This document shows positions 1 to 7,914 of a DNA stretch of 64,000 nucleotides, one piece after another. Source of the DNA: an uncultured Bacilli bacterium. GTDB lineage: Bacteria; Bacillota_I; Bacilli_A; RF39; UBA660. The stretch is from NCBI GenBank assembly GCA_944371995.1, contig CALVYD010000005.1, positions 4,844-68,843 on the forward strand. Direction: 5' to 3'. The stretch's first letter is position 1, and each line of letters starts with the position of its first letter. The notes under the pieces are model-generated. The model did not search any database, was not told the origin of the DNA, and saw nothing but the letters and a program-made list of their open reading frames with translations. Position numbers and translations under genes: made by a program.

Positions 1-1
1 A

Positions 2-199
2 GAGAGTTTTGGAAGTATGTTTTCTGGATGTACAAATCTAAAAGAAATAGACTTTAGAAATGCTGAATTTAATGCACAAAAATACAATTATATGTTTAGA
101 AATGTTTCAAATGGAATAGTCATCGTAAAAGATGAAACCGCAAGAAGCTGGATACAAAGTAGATTAGGAAGTAATGGAACTGCAATCATTGCAAGTTAG
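2..199 (+). CDS. 3' fragment of a BspA/LRR_5-type leucine-rich-repeat surface protein (5' end outside window)
   Basis: Frame is open from the window edge (..ESFGSMFSGCTNLKEIDFRNAEF..). It carries the F-x-G-C-x-x-L-x-x-I signature of BspA-like LRRs. Stop at 197-199. Confidence 0.5.
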   Translation, partial: ESFGSMFSGCTNLKEIDFRNAEFNAQKYNYMFRNVSNGIVIVKDETARSWIQSRLGSNGTAIIAS

Positions 200-213
200 A
201 AGGGAGAATGGAT

Positions 214-2310
214 ATGAATAAAATGTTTCAGAAAAAATTAATGTTTATTATTCCGTTAATAGCATTAGTACTAATCGTAGGTTTTGTATTTTCTTCTTCT
301 TTCTCTTTTGCCCAAATTTTAGAAAATGGTACAAGAGTAGAAGAAAATAGTGATCTAACTTATTATATTGATGTGTTATATGATGGAAAAGATAGCGAAG
401 CAGTTAGCTCGAGTGATGAAGCAACTGCTGACGTTTATAGTGATTATATTTATGTAGAGGACAAACTACCAGCAGGACTAACTTTTAAAGAGTTTGTCTC
501 ATCAGGTGGAAATAGTATTGGAGCTGTAAAAAGAAATGATCCAAATACTAGTTGCTCTGGTTCTGTAGTAGGAGGATATGATGGATTATCTTATAATCCA
601 GATACCAATACGATATCTTTTAAAGTAAAGAGTTTACAAGCAGGATGTAAATTAACCGTTGGTGTTACTACAACAACACCATCTCTAGGAGATAAGGAAA
701 GAATAGATTTTTATAATACTGCTTATGCCAAAGAAAATGATTTTTCTGCTCAATCAAATACCGTACATGTCTTCCTAGGAAAACTAAACTCCACTACTTA
801 TCAAGTAAGTTATCGTATTGAAGGAGAAGTTCCTAATAACGTAGAAGTACCTACTAGTAACACTTATGTTGCCGGTGCTAGTGTAGGAGTTGCTTCTAAT
901 CCTATGGTAGACGGATATACTTTTAGTGGATGGCAAAGCAATGATGTTGAAGTTATAAATGGAATATTTACCATGCCTTCTGATAATGTAGTCTTTACAG
1001 GAACCTTTACAAAAAGTAAAACCTATGAAGTAAGTTATCGTATTGAGGGAGAAAAACCAGATATCTATACCATTCCAACTACCAAAGAATATAGTGCATC
1101 TAGTGATGTATTTGTGGATTCGTTGAAAAAAGGTGACATTATAGATGGCTATTGTTTCTTAGGCTGGGAGACTGATGATGTTTCATTAACACAAGATGGT
1201 GAAGATATAACATTTACTATGCCAGAGAAGAACGTAGAATTAGTAGGACGTTTTGAAAAAGTAACATACACAGTAACTTATCAATTTCAAGGAAATATCC
1301 TTCCACCTAATGCCGATTCCTTATTACCAGAAGTAAAATCCTATGCACCTGGTGAAACAGTAAAATTAGCAGAAAATCCTGAAGCAGCAGGCTATCGTTT
1401 CTTAGGATGGTATGCTAGCAACACATTTGAAATGCCTGATGAGAATGTAGTTATTTATGGTGAATGGGCAGAACAATCAGGAATATTTAGTCCAACAATT
1501 ACTCAGGAAATAATAAATCCAAAAGAAAAATATGAAAAAGGCGATATTGTTGAATTTAAAATTACAATCACTAATTCAGAAAATTTTCAAATAAAAGATG
1601 TCATGTTAGAAAATAAATATACTCTAGTAGCAGGAGCGGGCTATACATTGATGAACGATCACTATGTAAAAATTCCTACTATTCCAGCAACCAGTAGTAT
1701 AGAAGTTTATGGACGTTATATTGTAGAAGAAGATAATTATCAAAAACTAGAAAATGTAGCAGAAATACTAGGAGCAATCGCAGATAATAATTATGTTTTT
1801 GATACAACGAGGAACTATCAAGCAAAAGTAGAATTTTTAGTAGGAAAAATAAACATAAAAGTAAATAAAATAGACAAAAACAATAATAATTTATCAGGGT
1901 CAGTATTTGGATTATATGAGGACAAATCATTAACAAAAGAAATAAAAACAGGATTAGAATTTAATGACTTAGAAATAAATAAAACATACTATTTAAAAGA
2001 ATTAAAAGCACCAGATGGCTACATATTATCCGACCATACCACTGAAATTACAATAACTGAACAAGGTAAAGTAATAGTAGATGGACAAGAATTAACTATG
2101 ATCAATAATAGTTATCAAATAGATATCATCAACGAAAAACAAAACTTTATTAATTCACCAAATACACTAGACTCTATAGTTACTTATATTGTTATCTTTG
2201 CTATTTCTATATTGGTTATTGCATTTGTAATATATAAATTAAAAAAAGATAATCACCAAGGACCAAAAAATTCTAATCGAAAAAAAGAAGAGGACTTAGA
2301 CATAATCTAA
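214..2310 (+). CDS. Cell-surface protein with List-Bact (InlB B-type) repeats, a Cna-B/SpaA-like Ig fold and a C-terminal sorting signal; probable sortase B substrate
   Basis: The AGGGAG RBS at 201-206 favours ATG 214 over 208. There is a hydrophobic leader ending SFSFA/Q and three ~70-aa repeats with GYTFSGW, GYCFLGW and GYRFLGW cores. A Cna-B-like module reads KINIKVNKID..GSVFGLYED..YYLKELKAPDGY. The C-terminus is SPNTLD, then a hydrophobic span, then a KLKKD basic tail. Confidence 0.85.
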   Translation: MNKMFQKKLMFIIPLIALVLIVGFVFSSSFSFAQILENGTRVEENSDLTYYIDVLYDGKDSEAVSSSDEATADVYSDYIYVEDKLPAGLTFKEFVSSGGNSIGAVKRNDPNTSCSGSVVGGYDGLSYNPDTNTISFKVKSLQAGCKLTVGVTTTTPSLGDKERIDFYNTAYAKENDFSAQSNTVHVFLGKLNSTTYQVSYRIEGEVPNNVEVPTSNTYVAGASVGVASNPMVDGYTFSGWQSNDVEVINGIFTMPSDNVVFTGTFTKSKTYEVSYRIEGEKPDIYTIPTTKEYSASSDVFVDSLKKGDIIDGYCFLGWETDDVSLTQDGEDITFTMPEKNVELVGRFEKVTYTVTYQFQGNILPPNADSLLPEVKSYAPGETVKLAENPEAAGYRFLGWYASNTFEMPDENVVIYGEWAEQSGIFSPTITQEIINPKEKYEKGDIVEFKITITNSENFQIKDVMLENKYTLVAGAGYTLMNDHYVKIPTIPATSSIEVYGRYIVEEDNYQKLENVAEILGAIADNNYVFDTTRNYQAKVEFLVGKINIKVNKIDKNNNNLSGSVFGLYEDKSLTKEIKTGLEFNDLEINKTYYLKELKAPDGYILSDHTTEITITEQGKVIVDGQELTMINNSYQIDIINEKQNFINSPNTLDSIVTYIVIFAISILVIAFVIYKLKKDNHQGPKNSNRKKEEDLDII

Positions 2311-2311
2311 T

Positions 2312-3043
2312 ATGGCAAAAAAAATAATATTATATGGATTATTACTAATATCTTTCATTGGTCTTATCTTTTCTGCTTATAAAATAATATGCTGGTATAT
2401 AGATAATCAAAAAACACAAGAACAGATTGAAAATGTAGAAAAATTTATAGAAGAAAATTCTAAAGATTCTACAGATAATAACATGACAATAGATTTTACT
2501 TCTTTAATAAAAGAAAATAAGGAAACAAAAGGATGGATGCAAATTCCAAATACCAATATTAATTATCCATTCGTCCAACATAAAGATAATTCTTATTACT
2601 TAACACATTCATTTGATAATAGTTATAATAATGCTGGATGGATATTTTTAGATTATAGAAATAGTATTGAACTATTAGATACTAATACAATTATATATGG
2701 ACATGGTAGAGTAGATGGAACCATGTTTGGTAGTTTAAAAAATGTCCTTACAGAAGAATGGTTAAATGACTCTAATAATTATAAAATAAGAATTTATCTT
2801 CCAGAAAATACTTATACATATGAAATATTTAGTGCTTACCATGTAAATACAACAGATGATTACTTAAAAACTAATTTTAATAGTATCGAAGAGTATGAAG
2901 AATTTTTAAACTTAATAAAAAACAGGAGTACGTATTCTTTTCCTACTAACGTAACTACTAATGATAAAATAATTACTTTATCTACTTGTTATAATGATAA
3001 AGAAAAAATGGTAGTTCATGGAAAACTTATCGTAGAAGACTAA
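2312..3043 (+). CDS. srtB: Class B sortase
   Basis: N-terminal TM segment. Motifs GWMQIPNTNINYPFVQHKDNSYYL, IIYGHG (His) and ITLSTCY (catalytic Cys) are present. The ATG lies 1 nt after the upstream stop. Confidence 0.9.
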   Translation: MAKKIILYGLLLISFIGLIFSAYKIICWYIDNQKTQEQIENVEKFIEENSKDSTDNNMTIDFTSLIKENKETKGWMQIPNTNINYPFVQHKDNSYYLTHSFDNSYNNAGWIFLDYRNSIELLDTNTIIYGHGRVDGTMFGSLKNVLTEEWLNDSNNYKIRIYLPENTYTYEIFSAYHVNTTDDYLKTNFNSIEEYEEFLNLIKNRSTYSFPTNVTTNDKIITLSTCYNDKEKMVVHGKLIVED

Positions 3044-3070
3044 AAGGATGAGTTCTTCATCCTTTTAGTT
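3042..3070 (+). terminator. Rho-independent terminator after srtB
   Basis: Stem aaaaggatga / tcatcctttt with a 5-nt loop, followed by a T-rich tail. Confidence 0.75.
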
Positions 3071-3142
3071 TGAGATAATGTAGAAATATTGTAAAAAGTA
3101 ATAGAATATGATATAATTTGTTAACAAAAGAGGTGAGAATAT

Positions 3143-3910
3143 ATGAAAAAACACACCTTAGATATCGCAATTGTAGTTTGTTCTATAATAGTTATTATTT
3201 TAGTTGTTGTCTTAGTATGGCCTACAGACAAAAAGGAGTTAGCAAGCAGTGGCAATTCGAAAAAAGAAGTAACTAGCGAAGAAAAAGTAGAAAAAGAAGT
3301 AGCTGTAAATAAGGAAGAAGAAATACAAGAAAAAAGTCTTCTTTCAGATGATACTAAAGCAACCAATGAAGAAGAAGTAGTATCCTATGTCTCTGATGTA
3401 GAAGCACGTATTTCTAACTTAGATGCAGAAAGCACTAATACAACAATGAAAGAAAAATTAGAAAATACTTTTATTACACTTACGGATTTTATTTTCTATG
3501 ATGGAACGATTAAGGGTATGACATTCGATGAATTAACAGATACAGCAAAACAAGAGATTCTAGAACTATATGAAAAAATTGATTCTAAAATAGAATCTTA
3601 TTTTCCAAATTATAAAGAAAATATAACATCTTCTGCCAAAAAGGGATACACAACAGCTGTCAGCAAGGCAAAAGAGTTAAAAGATACTATTGTTGCAAAA
3701 TACAAGGAAACAGTAGGAGAAGAAGAGTATAATAATGTTGCAAGTAATTTAGAAGAGGATAAGAATAGTTTGAAAGATGCCTATACACCATATGTAGAAA
3801 AGGGTAAGGAAATAGCATCACAAGCAGTAGATAAAGGAAAAGAAGTATGGAATAGTACAAAGGATAAATTAGATTCTTGGTATCAAAATTTTAAAGAAAG
3901 TAGGGAGTAG
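3143..3910 (+). CDS. Membrane-anchored, highly charged protein of unknown function
   Basis: RBS gaggtga. Single N-terminal TM (IAIVVCSIIVIILVVVLVW) followed by Lys/Glu-rich helical sequence. An extended -10 (tgatataat) sits at 3109-3117. Confidence 0.7.
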   Translation: MKKHTLDIAIVVCSIIVIILVVVLVWPTDKKELASSGNSKKEVTSEEKVEKEVAVNKEEEIQEKSLLSDDTKATNEEEVVSYVSDVEARISNLDAESTNTTMKEKLENTFITLTDFIFYDGTIKGMTFDELTDTAKQEILELYEKIDSKIESYFPNYKENITSSAKKGYTTAVSKAKELKDTIVAKYKETVGEEEYNNVASNLEEDKNSLKDAYTPYVEKGKEIASQAVDKGKEVWNSTKDKLDSWYQNFKESRE

Positions 3911-3911
3911 T

Positions 3912-5198
3912 TTGCGAAGTGTTGGAATTTTAACATTAGGTTGTAAAGTAAATACATACGAAAGTGAATACATAATTCATGTACTAAAAGAGCATGGATA
4001 TATAATTAAAGAATTTGATGATATTTGTGATGTATATATTATTAACACCTGTACAGTAACAAATACTAGTGATGTAAAATCTAGGAAAATGATTCGCCAA
4101 GCAATAAAAAGAAATAAAGATGCTTGTGTAGTAGCTCTGGGATGTTTTATTGAAGCAAATAAAGATTATGACATTCCAGGTTTAGATATTGTAATAGGAA
4201 ATAAGGATAAGTCTAAAATAGTTGAAATATTAGAGGAATATTTTACAAAAAAAGAACAAATACGTAAATTATATGAAGAACTTCCAAATAAATTTGAAGA
4301 TATGTATATCAATGAATTTCCAGGAAGAACTAGAGCATTTGTAAAAATACAAGATGGCTGTGAAAATTTCTGTTCTTACTGCATTATTCCATTTGTACGT
4401 GGAAAGTGTCGCAGTAAAGATCCAGACACGGTAATAAAGGAAATAAAAGATTTAGTAAATCATGGATATAAAGAAATAGTATTAACTGGAATTCATACAG
4501 GAAATTATGGAGTAGACCTAGAGATTAATTTTGCAGAATTATTAAGAAGAATAGTAAAAATAGAAGGTCTTGCTCGTCTTCGTATTTCATCAATTGAAAT
4601 TACAGAACTAACAGATGAAGTATTAGAAGTAATAAAAGAAAATCCAGTGATTGTAAATCATTTACATATACCACTTCAGGCAGGAAGTAATCATGTATTA
4701 AGAATGATGAACCGTAAATATGATTTGAAATATTTTAAGTTCCATATTAAAAAAATTCGTTCTATTCGTCCTGACATTGCAATCACAACTGATGTCATTG
4801 TAGGTTTTCCAGGAGAGACAGGACTAGATTTTGAAACAACACTAGAAACCTGTGAAGAACTAAGCTTTGCCAAAATTCATGTATTTCCATATAGTGAAAG
4901 AAAAGGAACTGTCGCTAAAGAATTACCATTTCCTGTAGATGGTGATGTAAAAAAAGAAAGAGCAAGACTACTTCTTGCATTATCTAAAAAATTAGAATGT
5001 GCGTATTTTGACTCTTTTATTGGTAAAACTGTAACAGTATTAATTGAAGAAGAAAAAAATGGAAAAAGTTATGGACATACAGATACTTATTTACATGTCG
5101 AAATAAATGAAATTCTTCCTAAAAATGAATTTGTAACAGTTCGTATTACAGAAGTATGTTATCCATATTGTATTGGTGAAGTAACTTTGTTAAAATAA
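3912..5198 (+). CDS. mtaB: tRNA methylthiotransferase, MtaB-like (radical SAM, MiaB family)
   Basis: TTG start after RBS agggag. N-terminal LGCKVNTYESEY UPF0004 motif, radical-SAM CENFCSYCIIP motif and a C-terminal TRAM-like region. Confidence 0.8.
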   Translation: MRSVGILTLGCKVNTYESEYIIHVLKEHGYIIKEFDDICDVYIINTCTVTNTSDVKSRKMIRQAIKRNKDACVVALGCFIEANKDYDIPGLDIVIGNKDKSKIVEILEEYFTKKEQIRKLYEELPNKFEDMYINEFPGRTRAFVKIQDGCENFCSYCIIPFVRGKCRSKDPDTVIKEIKDLVNHGYKEIVLTGIHTGNYGVDLEINFAELLRRIVKIEGLARLRISSIEITELTDEVLEVIKENPVIVNHLHIPLQAGSNHVLRMMNRKYDLKYFKFHIKKIRSIRPDIAITTDVIVGFPGETGLDFETTLETCEELSFAKIHVFPYSERKGTVAKELPFPVDGDVKKERARLLLALSKKLECAYFDSFIGKTVTVLIEEEKNGKSYGHTDTYLHVEINEILPKNEFVTVRITEVCYPYCIGEVTLLK

Positions 5199-5214
5199 AA
5201 ATAGGAGAGATAAT

Positions 5215-5367
5215 ATGGATAATTTTATGTTTCAAAAATTAATGAATGCAAAAAAAGAAGAACAAAAAGAAGAAATAGAAGTATTAACGGAAGAAAAAGA
5301 AAACGATAAAAAAGCACCGCAAGAAGATAATAAAGAAGGATACGTAGCTAGAAAAAATAACGAATAA
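5215..5367 (+). CDS. Small (50 aa) Lys/Glu-rich hypothetical protein
   Basis: ATG 7 nt after aggagaga. Translation is MDNFMFQKLMNAKKEEQKEE..ARKNNE. Below the ORF-track cutoff and no recognisable domain. Confidence 0.35.
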   Translation: MDNFMFQKLMNAKKEEQKEEIEVLTEEKENDKKAPQEDNKEGYVARKNNE

Positions 5368-5383
5368 TAATTAGGAGGATTTT

Positions 5384-7576
5384 ATGGATATCTATATCAA
5401 AGGAAATTATCAAAGAAGTATTTATCAAAATAGTAATGGTTACCATATAGGTCTTTTTAAGATAAAGGAGACAAATAGTGAAGACTTAACAAAATATATA
5501 GATAAAACCATTACTTTTACAGGTTATTTCCATGAATTAAATGATGTAGATACCTATCTTTTTTTTGGCCAAATGGTAGAACATCCAAAGTATGGAACAC
5601 AGTTTTCAGTAACCAATTATGAACGTTGTAAACCAGAAGAAAAAGATGCTATTGTTGATTTTTTAACAAGTGGTTTATTTAAAGGAATAGGAGAGAAAAA
5701 AGCCAAAACAATTGTAGATGTATTAGGAAAAGATACTCTACAAGTTATTTTAGAAAATCCAGATAATCTAATATTAATTCCAGGAATTACAAGAAATAAT
5801 ATTGATACATTACATACGAAATTAAAGGAATATGAAGCAAGTTATGAAACGGTTTTATATTTAGGAGAATTAGGTTTTTCAACAAAAGATGCTATGCTTG
5901 TCTATAATTTTTATAAAGAGAGAGTAAAAGCTATTATAGAAGAGGATATTTATCAGTTAATCTATAGTATTCCAGAAATAAACTTTAAAAAAATAGATCG
6001 AATTGCTCTAAAAAATGGAGTAGAAAAAAATGCTTTAATTCGTATCAAAGCTAGTATTTTATATATTATGGAAGAACTTAGTAATGCTTATGGACACAGT
6101 TATTTTTTCTATGATGAAATCTTTTCTTATTTACCTAGAGTATTATTAATAACCATATCGGACAACGAATATCAAGAAGCATTATCTTCTTTATTAAAAG
6201 ATATGAAAGTAATTCAAAAAGAAGAAAAATATTATTTAGAAGAAATGTATCAAGCAGAATGCTTTATTGTAAAAAGATTTCGTTTGCTTGCCCGAAAAGA
6301 AGAGGAAGTATTTAAAAACATAGATGATAAGTTTAAAGAAATGGAAAGTGTGTTTGGAATTTCTTACAATGAAGAGCAAAAGCAAGCTATTCTAGATAGT
6401 TGTAGAAAGAATTTTTTAATTATTACTGGTGGACCAGGAACTGGTAAAACTACAATTATGAAAGGCATTGTAGAGTTATATAAAGAACTTCATAAGTTAA
6501 CATATGAAAAGCTAGTAGATCGTCTTGCTTTATTAGCTCCAACAGGTAGAGCTGCTAAAAGAATGAGTGAGGCAACACTTCTACCAGCATCTACCATTCA
6601 TCGTTTCTTAAAATGGAATAAAGATACTAATAAATTTCAAGTAAATGAGTATCATAAGAGTAAAGTAGAACTTGTAATTATTGATGAAGCGAGTATGATT
6701 GATACCGAACTTCTAGCAAGTCTTCTAAAAGGAATTTCTGCAAACTGTAAAATAATTATGGTAGGAGATTCTTATCAACTACCATCTGTTGGACCAGGAC
6801 AAGTATTGCATGACTTAATTGAAAGTAAAAAATTGCCAGTCGTTGAACTAAAAGAATTATACCGACAAGGAAAAGATTCAAATATCTTATCTCTAGCTTA
6901 TGGTGTAAGAGAAGGAGAAGTAAGGGATGAGGTATTTAATCAAGAGGAAGATTTAACATTTATAGAATGTAATGATCAAGATGTCCTATCCAACTTAATG
7001 GATGTATCTCAAACATTTAAAGACTTATCATACAAAAAATTTCAAATACTTGCACCAATGTACAAAACAATGTATGGAATTGATACAATTAATCAAAAGC
7101 TACAAACGATTTTTAATCCAAAAGATAGTAGTAAAAAAGAATTAGTAGTAGGTGAAGTAGTATTTCGTGAAGGAGATAAAGTAATTGAACTTACAAATAT
7201 GCCAGAAGAAAATATCTATAATGGAGACATTGGTATTATTAGTACTATTATAACGCAACCAGTAAAAAAGATTATTATTGATTTTGATGGAAATGAAGTA
7301 ACTTTTACAAGTGCTAATTTTAATAAATTTAGACTTGCGTATGCAATTTCGATTCATAAGGCACAAGGAAGTGAATTTGATGTTGTTATTATGCCAATTG
7401 TACAAGGATATAAAAAAATGCTTTATCGTAAACTCGTCTATACAGGAATTACTAGAAGTAAAAAAATGTTATATCTAATTGGTGACAAAATTGCACTTCG
7501 TCAAGCAGTTGCTAATACTTCATCAGATATTAGAAGAACAACCATCAAAGATTTTTTAGAAAATGGTATAAAATAA
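5384..7576 (+). CDS. recD2: ATP-dependent RecD-like DNA helicase (RecD2/YrrC family)
   Basis: Walker A GGPGTGKTT, Walker B VIIDEASM, C-terminal AISIHKAQGSEF..YTGITR helicase motifs and a RecD2-type N-terminal OB/HhH region. Confidence 0.9.
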   Translation: MDIYIKGNYQRSIYQNSNGYHIGLFKIKETNSEDLTKYIDKTITFTGYFHELNDVDTYLFFGQMVEHPKYGTQFSVTNYERCKPEEKDAIVDFLTSGLFKGIGEKKAKTIVDVLGKDTLQVILENPDNLILIPGITRNNIDTLHTKLKEYEASYETVLYLGELGFSTKDAMLVYNFYKERVKAIIEEDIYQLIYSIPEINFKKIDRIALKNGVEKNALIRIKASILYIMEELSNAYGHSYFFYDEIFSYLPRVLLITISDNEYQEALSSLLKDMKVIQKEEKYYLEEMYQAECFIVKRFRLLARKEEEVFKNIDDKFKEMESVFGISYNEEQKQAILDSCRKNFLIITGGPGTGKTTIMKGIVELYKELHKLTYEKLVDRLALLAPTGRAAKRMSEATLLPASTIHRFLKWNKDTNKFQVNEYHKSKVELVIIDEASMIDTELLASLLKGISANCKIIMVGDSYQLPSVGPGQVLHDLIESKKLPVVELKELYRQGKDSNILSLAYGVREGEVRDEVFNQEEDLTFIECNDQDVLSNLMDVSQTFKDLSYKKFQILAPMYKTMYGIDTINQKLQTIFNPKDSSKKELVVGEVVFREGDKVIELTNMPEENIYNGDIGIISTIITQPVKKIIIDFDGNEVTFTSANFNKFRLAYAISIHKAQGSEFDVVIMPIVQGYKKMLYRKLVYTGITRSKKMLYLIGDKIALRQAVANTSSDIRRTTIKDFLENGIK

Positions 7577-7613
7577 AATGTTTTTACTCATAATAAAAAT
7601 GAGGTGATAAAAC

Positions 7614-7781
7614 ATGTCCAAGAAAACAATGAATAAAATGGTCTGGGCTGCAGTATTAGGAGGAATGGGAGTAGCAGGATATATGTATTTTAAGAAAAAT
7701 CCTAATGCTATGACTAATATGAAAGAAATGGCAAAAAATGCTGCTAAGACTACATATGATAAGTTAGAAGATATTGACTAG
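7614..7781 (+). CDS. Small (55 aa) membrane protein
   Basis: RBS gaggtga. Translation is MSKKTMNKMVWAAVLGGMGVAGYMYFKKNP.., with one Gly-zipper-like TM. Immediately followed by a strong terminator. Confidence 0.5.
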   Translation: MSKKTMNKMVWAAVLGGMGVAGYMYFKKNPNAMTNMKEMAKNAAKTTYDKLEDID

Positions 7782-7801
7782 GAAACTAGTCAATTTTTTT
7801 C
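7773..7801 (+). terminator. Rho-independent terminator
   Basis: Stem attgactag / ctagtcaat, loop gaaa, then T7. Confidence 0.8.
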
Positions 7802-7851
7802 TATAAAAAACTACTATCAATTTATATTATAAAAATATTGTAACCATCCTG

Positions 7852-7884
7852 TTGACAAATGTAATCAGAAGGGAAGTGTACAAT
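7852..7884 (+). promoter_or_regulatory. Putative sigma-A promoter of megapilin A (TTGACA-N21-TACAAT, over-long spacer)
   Basis: ttgaca at 7852-7857 and tacaat at 7879-7884. Homologous to the promoter upstream of the paralog at 46363-46392, which has an 18-nt spacer. Confidence 0.4.
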
Positions 7885-7914
7885 CTTATTAGAATAAAAT
7901 AATGATGGTAAGAT

